The notes beneath the pieces are model-generated. The model was not told the origin of the DNA, searched no databases, and was given only the letters and a program-made list of their open reading frames with translations. A DNA stretch of 64,000 bases from Alphaproteobacteria bacterium (GTDB taxonomy: Bacteria; Pseudomonadota; Alphaproteobacteria; Rhizobiales; TMED25): NCBI GenBank assembly GCA_045565315.1, contig JBJLFO010000001.1, forward strand, positions 663,732-727,731, read 5' to 3'. The translations under genes and the position numbers were made by a program. How positions within the stretch are numbered: the stretch's first letter is position 1; every line of letters starts with the position of its first letter. Shown piece by piece: positions 9,392 to 20,753 of the stretch.

Positions 9392-10192
9392 ATGAAAGTA
9401 ATTATTGCAGGTGCTGCAGGCAGAATGGGCAAAGAGTTAATAAAATATGCCTATCAAGACAATGAAATCGAATTAATTGGAGCAAGTGAATATGCCAAAT
9501 CACCTTGGATTGGGAAAGATGTTGGTGAACTAATATCTGGAGATAAAAAAAATATTAAAATCGTGGCTGATCCAATTGATTTTGTAAAATCAGCAGACGT
9601 AATTATCGATTTTACTAATGCAAAAACTACTGTAGAAAACAGTATTCTAGCTGCCCAAGCTCGTATTTCTCATATTATTGGAACAACTGGTTTAGCTCCT
9701 GTAGATCAAGAAAAAATAATGAATGCATCTCGACATGCCGTTATTGTTCAATCTGGAAACATGAGCCTCGGTATCAACTTGATGTCTCAGATCACGAAAC
9801 AAGTCTCCAAAATACTAACAGACTTTGATATTGAGATTCTTGAAATGCATCATAATAAAAAAATAGATGCACCATCAGGCACAGCCCTACTCCTTGGTAA
9901 TGCGGCAGCAGATGGAAGAAATATCAAACTAGACTCAAATGCAACATACCAGAGATATGGTAATACGGGTGTTAGACAAAAAAATTCAATCGGTTTCTCT
10001 TCATTAAGAGGTGGTGATGTTGTAGGAGAACATACTGTAATATTTGCTGGCGATAGTGAAATTATCAAATTATCACATTCAGCATTAAGTAGGCGAATAT
10101 TCGTGAGTGGTGCAATGCACGCTGCTAAATGGTCTATTGGGGAAAAACCGGGTTTCTATACCATGGATGATGTCCTAAGTCTCAAAAAATAG
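9392..10192 (+). CDS. dapB: 4-hydroxy-tetrahydrodipicolinate reductase
   Basis: N-terminal NAD(P) fold MKVIIAGAAGRMG. DapB signature EMHHNKKIDAPSGTA. Confidence 0.93.
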   Translation: MKVIIAGAAGRMGKELIKYAYQDNEIELIGASEYAKSPWIGKDVGELISGDKKNIKIVADPIDFVKSADVIIDFTNAKTTVENSILAAQARISHIIGTTGLAPVDQEKIMNASRHAVIVQSGNMSLGINLMSQITKQVSKILTDFDIEILEMHHNKKIDAPSGTALLLGNAAADGRNIKLDSNATYQRYGNTGVRQKNSIGFSSLRGGDVVGEHTVIFAGDSEIIKLSHSALSRRIFVSGAMHAAKWSIGEKPGFYTMDDVLSLKK

Positions 10193-10203
10193 AGGAATTA
10201 AAT

Positions 10204-10824
10204 ATGTCAAAACTAATATTGCTTAGGCATGGAGAAAGTGAATGGAACAAGTTAAATTTATTTACAGGCTGGAAAGATGTTGATTTAACAGACCAAGGTA
10301 AAATTGAAGCCAAGCTTGCCGCATTTGCAATCCAAAATCTTAAAGTTGAAATTGATCACGCTTATTCAAGTGCCTTAAAAAGAGCAAAAAATACACTTGA
10401 TATTGTTTTATACATATTAAAAAATCAAACTACCATTATTTCAGATGCAGCTTTAAATGAGAGGAATTATGGAGATCTAACCGGTCTAAACAAGGATGAG
10501 GCACGCGAAAAGTGGGGTGATGAACAAATAAAAATATGGAGAAGATCTTATGATATTGCTCCAGAAAATGGTGAAAGCCTGAAAGATACGTCAGACAGAA
10601 CTATTCCTTACTTTAAAGAACAAATATTACCGAAGTTATACAATAAAGAGAATGTAATAATTACAGCTCACGGTAATTCACTGAGGTCAATCATTATGCT
10701 AGTTGAAGGATTAGACGAGCAAGAGATAGTTAATGTTGAAATAAATACTGGAATACCAATTGTTTATGAATATGATGATAAAAAGATGATTAAGAAAACA
10801 GAATTATTTGTAAAACGTTATTGA
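10204..10824 (+). CDS. gpmA: 2,3-bisphosphoglycerate-dependent phosphoglycerate mutase
   Basis: Histidine-phosphatase motif LLRHGESEWN and a distal AHGNSLR motif. Confidence 0.9.
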   Translation: MSKLILLRHGESEWNKLNLFTGWKDVDLTDQGKIEAKLAAFAIQNLKVEIDHAYSSALKRAKNTLDIVLYILKNQTTIISDAALNERNYGDLTGLNKDEAREKWGDEQIKIWRRSYDIAPENGESLKDTSDRTIPYFKEQILPKLYNKENVIITAHGNSLRSIIMLVEGLDEQEIVNVEINTGIPIVYEYDDKKMIKKTELFVKRY

Positions 10825-10841
10825 TTTTTTAGCATAATAAT

Positions 10842-11834
10842 ATGGCTATCTGTTTTATTGGAAATTCAATTATCGATTTTATAAGTCATGTGGAGAATGA
10901 AGAAAATATTGCCCATGGTACAAAAGGCGAAATGGAAATTATTTCTTCTGAAAAAGCCAAAGAGCTGATAAATAATTTAAAAAATAAGTCAATCATTGCC
11001 GGTGGAAGCTCAAATAATAGTGCGTGTGGTCTCTCCTTACTCGACGAAAATGTAAGGTTTATTGGTAGTGTTGGAAAAGATCAATTCTCTGAGCTATATC
11101 TAGAAAATTTGAGAGATTACTTCGTAAACACCGAATATATGGTTTGGGATATTAATCATAGCACAGGTATTTCAATAATATATATAACCCCTGATGCAGA
11201 ACGCACTATGAATACCCATTTGGGTGCCTCCGTAAACTTAGTGCCAGATAATATCACTAGAAAGGCTTTAGAAGATATTAAGGGCTCTTTCGTAGAGGGT
11301 TATATATATTACTCCAGATATGGAGCACAGATTATATCAAAACTATTTACGGAAACTAAGAAAATTGGCGGTTTTAATGCTATCTCTCTATCTGATATTA
11401 ATTGTGTTCAAAATTTTAGGAATGAGTTTCTAAATTTGATAGACGAAAATAAAATAGACCTTTTATTTGGAAACAAAAAAGAAATGATGCATCTCTTTAA
11501 GGTAGATGATGAGAAGAGCTTAAATTTTCAACTAAAGAAAAATTCTACTAAATACGTTACTTTTATTATGACAAATGGCAAATATGGCTGTGTAATTGCA
11601 CAAAAAAATGAGATTAAAATCATACCAGCGAAAAAAATAAAAAATATTATCGATACGACGGGAGCAGGCGACTTATTTGTGTCAGGTTTTTTAAAAGGAT
11701 ATATAAATGGAAGAAATATTATAAAGTGTTCAGAAATGGGGAACTATTATGCATCTGAAATAATACAAACTATTGGAGGAAAAGTGAATAAAGATAGTAT
11801 TAGTAAGATAAAAGAGAACTTTTTAAAATTTTGA
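10842..11834 (+). CDS. PfkB-family carbohydrate/nucleoside kinase (adenosine-kinase-like)
   Basis: PfkB signature 2, DTTGAGDLFVSGFL, near the C-terminus, plus an N-terminal GGS motif. Substrate cannot be assigned from sequence. Confidence 0.75.
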   Translation: MAICFIGNSIIDFISHVENEENIAHGTKGEMEIISSEKAKELINNLKNKSIIAGGSSNNSACGLSLLDENVRFIGSVGKDQFSELYLENLRDYFVNTEYMVWDINHSTGISIIYITPDAERTMNTHLGASVNLVPDNITRKALEDIKGSFVEGYIYYSRYGAQIISKLFTETKKIGGFNAISLSDINCVQNFRNEFLNLIDENKIDLLFGNKKEMMHLFKVDDEKSLNFQLKKNSTKYVTFIMTNGKYGCVIAQKNEIKIIPAKKIKNIIDTTGAGDLFVSGFLKGYINGRNIIKCSEMGNYYASEIIQTIGGKVNKDSISKIKENFLKF

Positions 11835-12785
11835 TTATAATTTCCTCAAAGATATCTGGTCTACGGAATGGTTTGATGATTTTCTGATAATTAGATTTGC
11901 CCTCTGTCTTGTGGGTAATATATTTTCTACTAAATTTTTGTAGTTTATTTTTTCCCAAAGATCACTTGCTGTTTCGGTTGCTCTTTTTTTTGATAAATTG
12001 GCATATTTATTGAAATATGCACCATCCTCCTTGAATGCCGTTTCTTTTAATTTGAGAAATCTCTCTATGTACCATTTTTTTATATCCTTTTCCTGCGCGT
12101 CTACAAAAATAGAAAAATCAAAGAAATCGGATACATAGGGTATCGCATTTCCATTTTTTGGAAGTGGAGCTGGCTGAAGAACGTTTAGTCCCTCTATAAT
12201 AACAATATCCGGGTCATTTATTTCTGTATACTCGCCAATCACGTTATCATACAAGAGATGAGAATATATAGGTGCTTTGACTCTCTTTTTTCCAGATTTG
12301 ATGTTATTTAAAAAATCTAAAAGTAAAGATGTATTATAGCTTTCAGGAAATCCTTTTTTATTCATTAGCCCCTTCTCTTCGAGCTCATTATTACTCATCA
12401 AAAAACCATCTGTATTGACTAATGAGACATTTAAATTAGCTGACCATTTAGATAATAACGCCTGCATTATTCTTGATGTAGTGCTTTTGCCAACAGCAAC
12501 TGAACCCGCAATACCTATTATAAATGGTACTTTAATATTTTTTTTATCAAGAAATGTATGGGTTGCATCAAAAATCTTTTGAGTGCCCGCAATATATAAA
12601 TTCAAAAGGCGTGAAATGGGTAAGTAAACATCTTTTACTTCTTCTATTGACATGGGCTCATTTAAGCCTCTTAATTTTTTCACTTCTTTCTCTGTAAGTG
12701 ATAATTTCGTTCCAAACCCTAGGCTAGACCATTCATCTTTTGAAAAGATAATGTATGGGGAGTACTGATTTTCTTTTTTGGCCAT
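11835..12785 (-). CDS. coaA: Type I pantothenate kinase
   Basis: P-loop GIAGSVAVGKSTTSR. CoaA-like length and C-terminal region. Confidence 0.9.
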   Translation of the reverse strand: MAKKENQYSPYIIFSKDEWSSLGFGTKLSLTEKEVKKLRGLNEPMSIEEVKDVYLPISRLLNLYIAGTQKIFDATHTFLDKKNIKVPFIIGIAGSVAVGKSTTSRIMQALLSKWSANLNVSLVNTDGFLMSNNELEEKGLMNKKGFPESYNTSLLLDFLNNIKSGKKRVKAPIYSHLLYDNVIGEYTEINDPDIVIIEGLNVLQPAPLPKNGNAIPYVSDFFDFSIFVDAQEKDIKKWYIERFLKLKETAFKEDGAYFNKYANLSKKRATETASDLWEKINYKNLVENILPTRQRANLIIRKSSNHSVDQISLRKL

Positions 12786-12793
12786 TTGATATA

Positions 12794-13111
12794 CTATTTT
12801 CTAGATTTTTTTTCATCATGTCCTGAAACACCATTTCTATTAATTAATTCTGCGCATATATCATCTAAATTTAAATCACTTTTTTCAAGTAAAACCATCA
12901 AATGATAAATCAAATCGGCAGCCTCCTTTTTAATATTTTCTTTGTCATTGGCTAAAGTAGATATAATTAGCTCAATGGCCTCTTCACCAATTTTTTTGGT
13001 TAATAATTCATTATTTTCCATAAGTGTCGCCGTATAGGATTTCTCTGATTTTTCAGATCTTCTTCTTTTAATTATATCTGATAATGTAATTAGGTATTCT
13101 ATATTTTTCAT
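12794..13111 (-). CDS. hisE: Phosphoribosyl-ATP pyrophosphatase
   Basis: 105-aa MazG-like protein with KIGEEAIE...EAADLIYHLMVLL, at the end of the his operon. Confidence 0.85.
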   Translation of the reverse strand: MKNIEYLITLSDIIKRRRSEKSEKSYTATLMENNELLTKKIGEEAIELIISTLANDKENIKKEAADLIYHLMVLLEKSDLNLDDICAELINRNGVSGHDEKKSRK

Positions 13112-13137
13112 TTGAGCTTTCCAATTAACTAATGTAT

Positions 13138-13902
13138 TTAAGTTATTCTAACTTCGATACCCTGATCTTTCATAAAAATTTTTGCCTCACCAACAGTAAA
13201 ATCTCCAAAGTGAAATATTGAGGCAGCTAAAACTGCATCCGCTTTTCCTATTTTAACACCATCAACTAAATGTTGTAAATTACCTACTCCACCACTTGCA
13301 ATTACTGGGACACTGACTAAGTTGGTTATTTGTTTCATTAATTTATTATCAAAACCTTTTTTAGTTCCGTCCCTATCCATTGAAGTCACCAGTAGTTCCC
13401 CTGCACCCAATGCTTCAATATTTTTAGCATACTTCATAACATCGAGCCCTGTATTTACTCTGCCACCATGGGTATATACTTCCCATACATCCTCTGCATC
13501 ATTTTTTTTTACGTCTATTGCAACAACGATGCACTGAGAACCAAATTTTTCAGCAGCTTCTCTAACTAAATTGCGATCACTCACTGCAGCAGAATTGATT
13601 GATACTTTATCCGCCCCAGAAAGTAATAGTTTTCTTATATGTTCAACCTTATTGATACCTCCACCGACAGTTAGAGGCATAAAGCAAACTTCTGCAGTCT
13701 TTTGTACAATTTCAAATATTGTATCTCTATTTTCATGACTAGCTGTTATATCCAAAAAACAAAGCTCGTCGGCCCCTTGCGCGTCATATAACTTGGCAAC
13801 TTCAACTGGATCACCAGCATCTTGTAAGTTAATAAAGTTCGTACCCTTTACAACTCTCCCATTATTTACGTCTAGACATGGAATAATTCTGGACTTAAGC
13901 AA
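13138..13902 (-). CDS. hisF: Imidazole glycerol phosphate synthase, cyclase subunit
   Basis: RIIPCLDV N-terminus. Typical HisF (beta/alpha)8 motifs [12 protein letters not shown] and ASGG. Confidence 0.95.
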   Translation of the reverse strand: MLKSRIIPCLDVNNGRVVKGTNFINLQDAGDPVEVAKLYDAQGADELCFLDITASHENRDTIFEIVQKTAEVCFMPLTVGGGINKVEHIRKLLLSGADKVSINSAAVSDRNLVREAAEKFGSQCIVVAIDVKKNDAEDVWEVYTHGGRVNTGLDVMKYAKNIEALGAGELLVTSMDRDGTKKGFDNKLMKQITNLVSVPVIASGGVGNLQHLVDGVKIGKADAVLAASIFHFGDFTVGEAKIFMKDQGIEVRIT

Positions 13903-13903
13903 T

Positions 13904-14638
13904 TTAAAAATATCCTTTTTTTATAAGATCAAGTGCTTGTTTTGGGTCTATTTTCTTTTCATAAATAGCCTTGCCAATTATTGCTCCTGAAAAGATTTTA
14001 TTTTTCTTCAAAGTTAACTCCTTTATGTCTTGAATTGAACTGAGTCCTCCGCTTAAAATAATTGGAATTTTAGTCCTATTAGCAAGGCTTCTTGATGCAT
14101 CAAAGTTTAAACCCTCCAGCATACCGTCACGATTAATATCCGTATGTAAAATTGCTTCTATATTTAAATTTTGATATTTTGACACAAGATCATATACATT
14201 TATGTTCGTATTTTTCTTCCAACCTTCAATCCAAACAAGCTCTTCCTTCGTATCTAATGCTATTACAATTTTATTTTTATATTTAAGTGCTGCCTCCTTA
14301 ACAAGTTCAATATCTGTTACACTGACAGTTCCTAAGACTATTCTTTTAACTCCCAAATTTGACCAAAAGTCAATTTGCCCCATACTTCGAATCCCACCAC
14401 CTAATTGAATTGATAAATTGGTATTTTTTACGATATTTTTAATTATCTCGAAATTTTTACTTTTTCCGTTTACTGCAGCATCTAAATCTACAATGTGTAA
14501 CCAACTAAAGCCAATCTCTTCAAAAATTTTTGCTTGAGAAAGGGGGCTGCTATTATAAGTGGTTGATTCATTCAAGTTCCCAAGTTTTAGCCTGACACAC
14601 TCACCGTTCTTTATATCAATTGCAGGAAATAATATCAT
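13904..14638 (-). CDS. hisA: ProFAR isomerase HisA
   Basis: [18 protein letters not shown]-terminus and GGGIRS motif. Sits between hisH and hisF. Confidence 0.93.
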   Translation of the reverse strand: MILFPAIDIKNGECVRLKLGNLNESTTYNSSPLSQAKIFEEIGFSWLHIVDLDAAVNGKSKNFEIIKNIVKNTNLSIQLGGGIRSMGQIDFWSNLGVKRIVLGTVSVTDIELVKEAALKYKNKIVIALDTKEELVWIEGWKKNTNINVYDLVSKYQNLNIEAILHTDINRDGMLEGLNFDASRSLANRTKIPIILSGGLSSIQDIKELTLKKNKIFSGAIIGKAIYEKKIDPKQALDLIKKGYF

Positions 14639-15289
14639 TTAAGGGTACCAATTTATAAAATTATTAATAAATTCCAGTCCAGCTTTCTGGCTTTTTTCTG
14701 GATGAAACTGACATCCTATAATATTATCTTTTTCTATCAAAGCTGTTATCCTTGAGCCATAGTCACATGACCCCAATAAATTTGTATCACTAGTAAGCTC
14801 AAATTGGTAGGAATGGACAAAGTATACAATCATTTCACGTTTATCTTTTTGTATATTTTTTAAAATTTCATGTTCTTTATGAAAATCAACAGTATTCCAA
14901 CCCATATGTGGGATTTTAATATTTTTTTTGATGGGGATCTTTTCAACATGACCTGATATCCAACCAAAACCTGTTGTCTCTCTTCCCTCAAAACCCTTAT
15001 CCGCCAATAATTGCATCCCTACACATATACCAAGATATGGATTCGCTTCTTTAATTATTTTTTTCTCTAACTCAAAAGTTAAGTTATCTACCTCCTCTAT
15101 TCCAATTTTACAGTCATTGAATGTACCCACACCGGGAAGAATAACCCTATCACACTTACTTACATGCTTCGAGTCACTTATTCTCATTACTTTTATTTCT
15201 TTTTTAATCTGATTTGCTACTGTTTCAAATGCTTTTGTTACTGAATGAAGATTTCCAGAACCATAATCAATTATACCAATTATTTCCAT
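14639..15289 (-). CDS. hisH: Imidazole glycerol phosphate synthase, glutaminase subunit
   Basis: Class I glutamine amidotransferase with nucleophile elbow GICVGMQ and a FHPE motif. Confidence 0.93.
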   Translation of the reverse strand: MEIIGIIDYGSGNLHSVTKAFETVANQIKKEIKVMRISDSKHVSKCDRVILPGVGTFNDCKIGIEEVDNLTFELEKKIIKEANPYLGICVGMQLLADKGFEGRETTGFGWISGHVEKIPIKKNIKIPHMGWNTVDFHKEHEILKNIQKDKREMIVYFVHSYQFELTSDTNLLGSCDYGSRITALIEKDNIIGCQFHPEKSQKAGLEFINNFINWYP

Positions 15290-15307
15290 TTGAAATTACT
15301 CTTATAT

Positions 15308-15754
15308 TTAGAAAATATTTAGTATTGTTTCATCGTCATTCTTATTATTTTTAGATGGATTTGGATTCTGCATAGACTCAGACGATTTTGTTTTATTATC
15401 TTGATTATAAATATTATAAGCACTCATTTTATTTTCTGCCCTAATAATACTATCTAATTGATAATTTTTGAACTTTAAAATCCACTCCCTCAATATATTA
15501 GCCTGAATAGCAAAGAAAAAATGACAAAATATTATGCTAAATATAATTATTCCTTGTCCAGTTTTATTTGATAGAAATATAATAAAAAAAATTACTAGAA
15601 AATAAATAGGTATAAGGAAAAAATTCCTATTAATTATCAACCATAAGGGCGGGAATATTAGAGCAAGTATGGATATTTTATCTTTAAGTATTAGAATATT
15701 ACCGTCGTGCCTCCCAGACTTACCAATCCTTCTATATATCTCGAACAAGGCCAT
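15308..15754 (-). CDS. Small integral membrane protein (DUF2628-like) embedded in the his operon
   Basis: Two to three hydrophobic helices (ILALIFPPLWLIINRNFFLIPIYFLVIFFIIFL...). The position between hisB and hisH recurs in alphaproteobacteria. Function unknown. Confidence 0.5.
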   Translation of the reverse strand: MALFEIYRRIGKSGRHDGNILILKDKISILALIFPPLWLIINRNFFLIPIYFLVIFFIIFLSNKTGQGIIIFSIIFCHFFFAIQANILREWILKFKNYQLDSIIRAENKMSAYNIYNQDNKTKSSESMQNPNPSKNNKNDDETILNIF

Positions 15755-15768
15755 ATCTACTCATTACT

Positions 15769-16371
15769 TTATAAAATCCCTTTTGTAGTTGGAATAGAGT
15801 TAGAAATTCTTGAGTCAATGGATATTGCCTCACCAATACACCTTGCCAAGCCCTTATAACATGACTCAATAATATGATGAGCATTCGATCCGTGAAGACT
15901 TTCCACGTGAAGTGTTATTGCACTGTTTTGAACAAATGCATAAAACCATTCTTTAAATAATTCTGAATCCATTTCACCTATCTTTGGAGGTGAGAGATGA
16001 ACTGCCCATCTTAAATAGGGTCTACCTGATATATCTAACGAGATTTGCGTTAATGCTTCATCCATCGGTATTATTATATGTGAAAATCTCTTTATACCAG
16101 CTTTATTACCAAGTGCTTTTCTGAACGCTTCACCCATTACTATTCCAATGTCTTCCGTCGTATGATGCATATCAATGTGAAGATCACCCTTAGCCTTTAA
16201 TTCAATATCAATCAAACTATGCCGAGCTATCTGCTCTAGCATATGATCTAAAAATCCTATACCGGTCTGTATATCAGATTTTCCGCTACCATCTAATGTT
16301 AGTTGACAAGATATTGAAGTCTCTTTTGTTTTTCTTTCGACCTTGGATTGCCGAGATGAAATCTTACCCAT
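15769..16371 (-). CDS. hisB: Imidazoleglycerol-phosphate dehydratase
   Basis: Duplicated metal-binding motifs [11 protein letters not shown] and [10 protein letters not shown]. Confidence 0.93.
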   Translation of the reverse strand: MGKISSRQSKVERKTKETSISCQLTLDGSGKSDIQTGIGFLDHMLEQIARHSLIDIELKAKGDLHIDMHHTTEDIGIVMGEAFRKALGNKAGIKRFSHIIIPMDEALTQISLDISGRPYLRWAVHLSPPKIGEMDSELFKEWFYAFVQNSAITLHVESLHGSNAHHIIESCYKGLARCIGEAISIDSRISNSIPTTKGIL

Positions 16372-16505
16372 TATAATTTTCCATTACCTAAAATCTTGAA
16401 TATTTATAATATAAACGTCATATATAATATTATAATTAATATAATTAATATATGATAAATTTAATATAAACATATGCCATGTATGTGAACATTAGGGATT
16501 TAGTT

Positions 16506-17060
16506 ATGGAACACAATGATAAAACTATGATTGGGACTACAATCATAATGATCAGAAAGAATAACCAAGTTGTTATTGCAGGTGATGGTCAAGTTAGTTT
16601 GGGACAAACCATAATAAAAAATAATGCAAAGAAAGTCAGAAGACTTGGTCCGACACAAGATGTGATAGCAGGTTTTGCAGGAGCTACAGCTGATGCTTTA
16701 ACCTTGTTTGACAGATTAGAAGCCAAAATAGAACAGTTCCCAACACAACTAACCCGAGCTGCAGTAGAGCTAGCTAAAGATTGGCGGTTAGACAGGTATT
16801 TAAGGAGATTAGAAGCAATGATGTTAGTTGGAGATAAAGATTGTAGCTTTGTTCTTACAGGTAATGGAGATGTTTTAGAGCCAGAGGAAGGTGTGGTTGC
16901 GATTGGTTCAGGAGGTAACTATGCACTAGCAGCTGCAAAGGCATTGTTTAAATCAGAACTTGATGCAAAGCAAATTGCAGAAAAATCGATGAAAATTGCA
17001 TCTGAGATTTGTGTTTATACAAATAACAATTTAGTAGTAGAATCCATAGAAATTAAATAA
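16506..17060 (+). CDS. hslV: ATP-dependent protease subunit HslV
   Basis: Short propeptide followed by the catalytic Thr in GTTIIMIRK, plus GDGQVS and GSGG motifs. ATG at 16506 is preceded by AGGGA. Confidence 0.93.
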   Translation: MEHNDKTMIGTTIIMIRKNNQVVIAGDGQVSLGQTIIKNNAKKVRRLGPTQDVIAGFAGATADALTLFDRLEAKIEQFPTQLTRAAVELAKDWRLDRYLRRLEAMMLVGDKDCSFVLTGNGDVLEPEEGVVAIGSGGNYALAAAKALFKSELDAKQIAEKSMKIASEICVYTNNNLVVESIEIK

Positions 17061-17071
17061 AAGGAGGTTTG

Positions 17072-18379
17072 ATGTCTGACTTTTCGCCAAGAGAGATTGT
17101 TTCTGAATTAGATCGTTTTATCATTGGTCAAAATGAGGCTAAAAGAGCCTGTGCTATAGCGCTTAGAAACCAATGGAGACGGCAACAATTAACAGGTCCA
17201 CTTAAAGACGAAATATTACCTAAAAATATACTTATGATAGGACCTACAGGTGTTGGAAAAACTGAAATTTCACGAAGGCTCGCCAAATTAGCTGACGCAC
17301 CATTTATTAAGGTTGAAGCTACTAAATTTACTGAAGTTGGATATGTTGGACGTGATGTTGAGCAAATTATAAGAGATTTAGTAGAAACAAGTATAGCAAT
17401 GATAAGAGAGAAAAAACGAAAAGAAGTTGAAGCGAAAGCTCATATATTGGCTGAAGAGAGAGTTGTTGAAGCCCTTGTTGGAGAAAACGCTTCTGCATCT
17501 ACAAAGGATACATTCAGGAAAAAATTAAGAAATGGAGAGCTTGACGAAAAAGAAATAGATTTGAAGATAAAAGAAACTAGCTCAAATATGACCTCTTTTG
17601 AAATACCGGGTATGCCAGGAGCACAAATGGGTATGTTAAATATTGGTGATATGCTTGGAAAAGCCGGAGGTGATAGATATAAAACGAAGAAAGTGGTCGT
17701 AAAAGAGAGCTATGATATTCTTATTCAGGAGGAAGCTGACAATTTACTTGATAATGATACGATAGTTCAAGATGCCCTGAAAAGTGTACAGAATCATGGG
17801 ATAGTTTTTATCGATGAGATTGATAAAATTTGTGCTCGTCAAAATAGACAAGGTGCCGATGTAAGCCGTGAGGGTGTCCAAAGAGATCTGCTACCACTAA
17901 TTGAAGGTACCGCAGTATCGACAAAACATGGTATCGTAAAAACTGATCATATTTTATTTATTACGTCCGGAGCATTTCATTTAGCGAAACCATCCGATTT
18001 ACTTCCAGAGTTACAAGGTCGTTTACCTATTAGAGTTGAATTAACTACCCTATCTAAAGATGATTTCGTAAGTATTCTAACAGATACAGAGGCAAGCTTA
18101 ATTAAGCAATATGTTGCTCTTATGGATACTGAGGGACTAGTTCTAGATTTCAAAAAAAGTGCTATTGAAAAAATTGCAGCTATTGCTGTTGAAGTAAACT
18201 CTAATGTTGAGAATATTGGAGCAAGGAGACTTCATACTGTTCTAGAGAGAGTTCTTGATGAAATTAGTTTCTCTGCGCCCGATCTTGATGAAAAAAATAT
18301 ATTGATTGATGAAAAATATGTAACTGATCGCATAGAAGATTTAGCAAAAGATTCAGATTTATCCAAGTTTATTCTATAA
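17072..18379 (+). CDS. hslU: ATP-dependent protease ATPase subunit HslU
   Basis: Walker [11 protein letters not shown] and Walker [17 protein letters not shown] (17061-17067) lies upstream of the ATG at 17072. Confidence 0.97.
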   Translation: MSDFSPREIVSELDRFIIGQNEAKRACAIALRNQWRRQQLTGPLKDEILPKNILMIGPTGVGKTEISRRLAKLADAPFIKVEATKFTEVGYVGRDVEQIIRDLVETSIAMIREKKRKEVEAKAHILAEERVVEALVGENASASTKDTFRKKLRNGELDEKEIDLKIKETSSNMTSFEIPGMPGAQMGMLNIGDMLGKAGGDRYKTKKVVVKESYDILIQEEADNLLDNDTIVQDALKSVQNHGIVFIDEIDKICARQNRQGADVSREGVQRDLLPLIEGTAVSTKHGIVKTDHILFITSGAFHLAKPSDLLPELQGRLPIRVELTTLSKDDFVSILTDTEASLIKQYVALMDTEGLVLDFKKSAIEKIAAIAVEVNSNVENIGARRLHTVLERVLDEISFSAPDLDEKNILIDEKYVTDRIEDLAKDSDLSKFIL

Positions 18380-18991
18380 CTTACTTTTTAGTAATATATA
18401 ATATGCACCTCTGCCGCCGTGCCTTTGATTGGCATATCTGAAACCATTTACAATATTTTTAAAAGGTTCCTGTTTTAACCAAATTGGTAAACTTTTATTC
18501 AATACACCCTTTTCTTGACTAAAATGAGCCTCATTATTTTTTTTTGAAGTTAAACCTTTTCCAGTTATTACTAAAACAATTTTATATCTCTGTTTTTTTG
18601 AGTTTCCGAGGAATAATGTCAATTTCCCTCTAGCCTCTTCTTGCGTCATACCATGCAAGTCAAGAGTATCATCAATTGTTATATTCCCTCTTTTCATTCT
18701 TTGCTCAAGTTTACGATGTATTCCACTAAATGATATCTCTTCTTCATCTACTTTTTTTATCTCATTCAATAATGGGTTATTATCTTCTCTATCTATTTTT
18801 TTAGCATTAAATTTTCTTTCTAAATTTTTGATATTTGAAGAGTGACTAATATTAGTTCTTATATTTTCGTCATTCCCATTACCTTCGGAAATTTCATTCT
18901 TGGCATGAGACTTAACTTTATTTAAGGGATCTATTTCACTTCTAATTTGATCCCATAAGCTCTTATCCTCACCTGATAATTTCTTTACCAT
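18374..18991 (-). CDS. Smr-domain protein
   Basis: C-terminal Smr domain beginning [11 protein letters not shown] and ending with [10 protein letters not shown]. Confidence 0.75.
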   Translation of the reverse strand: MVKKLSGEDKSLWDQIRSEIDPLNKVKSHAKNEISEGNGNDENIRTNISHSSNIKNLERKFNAKKIDREDNNPLLNEIKKVDEEEISFSGIHRKLEQRMKRGNITIDDTLDLHGMTQEEARGKLTLFLGNSKKQRYKIVLVITGKGLTSKKNNEAHFSQEKGVLNKSLPIWLKQEPFKNIVNGFRYANQRHGGRGAYYILLKSKL

Positions 18992-19959
18992 TTTATTTCT
19001 CGCAGTTTTTTTAGTATTATAATATCCCCGCTATATTTCATATTCCCTGCTAATTTTCCCGCTTCTAACCCACTCCCAAAATATATATCACCTCTAAATA
19101 GACCTTTAATGGCTGAGCCCTGATCTTGAGCTACCATTAATTTATTAAATTCTTTAATAGTTTTATTACTTTTCGCAGGGACTTTTGTATTTAACCATAC
19201 AAGTGTGTTCAGATCATAGACGCTCATATCAACTGCTAAAGAACGATATGGTGATAACCTTATCCCCAATTGCCCAATTGGATGTTTTTTATCATTGTCA
19301 TACTTGTCTTCTTTAAAAAAAATGAAAGACTTATTCAAGTATATGATTTCAAAATTTTTCTCTTTTTCTTTCAACCAGTCTTTTATTTTTAACATTGATA
19401 TATCGGTTTTACTGATAATACCATTATCTGTCAGATACTTTCCAATTGAGTTATATTGAAAATTATTTTTTCCAGCATATACAAACCTTTTATGTGTTCC
19501 ATCAGCAAACTCTAGCAGGCCTGATCCTTGTATGTGCATAAAGTATAGATCAATTTTATCATCTAGCCATGCCAGAGTTGGTAGCTTTTTATATATATTC
19601 TTTGTAAGGCTTTCTCTTGTTAAATTAAAATATTGCTTGCATTGATCCTTATTTACAGGAACTCCATAAAGAGGGTATCTGAACATATCTGTTTTTATTC
19701 TAGACGCTTTTAACTTTGGTTCAAAATAACCTGTATATAGGCTATTATCGCTTTCTGCATTTTTTATTTTATATGGATTATAATTTTGCTCAAAAAATAC
19801 CTTTGCCTGTGCCATAGTTTTTATATTTTGACTACTATAATCTTTCTTTTCTCCTTTCAATAAAGCTTTAAAAGCAGCCAAATGATCGTCTTCTGACCAC
19901 TTTGGTATGTCCTCAAAGGAAATTTTTTTAGTTATAGATGAATTTAAATTTTCAAACAT
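18985..19959 (-). CDS. mltA: Lytic murein transglycosylase A (MltA) homologue, no recognisable signal peptide
   Basis: MltA-type N-terminal region (FEDIPKWSEDDHLAAFKALL) and a C-terminal 3D-domain motif AQDQGSAIKG..RGDIYFGSG. Confidence 0.75.
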   Translation of the reverse strand: MFENLNSSITKKISFEDIPKWSEDDHLAAFKALLKGEKKDYSSQNIKTMAQAKVFFEQNYNPYKIKNAESDNSLYTGYFEPKLKASRIKTDMFRYPLYGVPVNKDQCKQYFNLTRESLTKNIYKKLPTLAWLDDKIDLYFMHIQGSGLLEFADGTHKRFVYAGKNNFQYNSIGKYLTDNGIISKTDISMLKIKDWLKEKEKNFEIIYLNKSFIFFKEDKYDNDKKHPIGQLGIRLSPYRSLAVDMSVYDLNTLVWLNTKVPAKSNKTIKEFNKLMVAQDQGSAIKGLFRGDIYFGSGLEAGKLAGNMKYSGDIIILKKLREIKW

Positions 19960-19979
19960 AAAATTATGTATATTACTGA

Positions 19980-20633
19980 TTAGTTAGGTCGATTTATTTC
20001 AGAAACTTTCCAATTTGGGTCTGATGACTTCAGATTTTTATCAAAAGTCCATATCTCTTTTATATTTGCCGTACTGTGTTTATTAACTTTTTCATCATTA
20101 ATAATCTCGGACACAAAAGTGTTATTCATTGTATGAATTGAAACCTTAATTTTGGCAATATTTTTTGTTATTGAAATATCCTGTATCTCTAAATTCTCAA
20201 CTTTAATTAAAATATATTCTAAAGTTTGTTGTTTATCTTTTCTTACTTTTATTGAGTCATTAAATTCATCATAAATATTTTGAGTTAGGAGAGAGTCAAG
20301 TAATTTTAAGTTCTCTTCTGCATATGCTACCAAGATCAACTCGTACGCTCTTTTTACTCCTTCAGAAAAATAATCCACCGTGAACTGTTTATCGTTCTTC
20401 ACTAGAGTTTTTAGTTCTTTATCAAATTTATTTTGAAGATCAGTTGCTTCTATACTATCAACAATATCTCTTTTTTTATCATATTCTACAGCAGATTCTA
20501 CAACTTCTTCTATATCAAATATAACCGGTTTTTCTAAGCCAGTTCTCCTACCAAGGACCGAACGCAGGGCAATAAAAATAAAAACAACAGCAATTAGTAG
20601 TATGATATTTATAATATCTATCATTTTTCCCAT
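19980..20633 (-). CDS. Tim44-like domain membrane protein
   Basis: N-terminal TM helix (IINIILLIAVVFIFIAL) plus a C-terminal domain of about 150 aa. Sits divergently next to secB, the conserved alphaproteobacterial arrangement for Tim44 homologues. Confidence 0.7.
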   Translation of the reverse strand: MGKMIDIINIILLIAVVFIFIALRSVLGRRTGLEKPVIFDIEEVVESAVEYDKKRDIVDSIEATDLQNKFDKELKTLVKNDKQFTVDYFSEGVKRAYELILVAYAEENLKLLDSLLTQNIYDEFNDSIKVRKDKQQTLEYILIKVENLEIQDISITKNIAKIKVSIHTMNNTFVSEIINDEKVNKHSTANIKEIWTFDKNLKSSDPNWKVSEINRPN

Positions 20634-20753
20634 CTTTTCTTTGTTAAATTTGACATAGTTTAATAATATATTTTTTTAAATATTTTTACAATATTTGACA
20701 AGTAAATATGATATTATATCATTGTACCATTTTAACATAGATTGAATTAATAT

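Noticed and set aside
16395-16425. Possible sigma-32 promoter upstream of hslVU (CTTGAA ... CATATAT)
   Set aside because: The spacer between CTTG (16395-16398) and CATATAT (16419-16425) is 20 nt, outside the N17-18 window of the alpha-type consensus. It is probably a chance match in AT-rich DNA.
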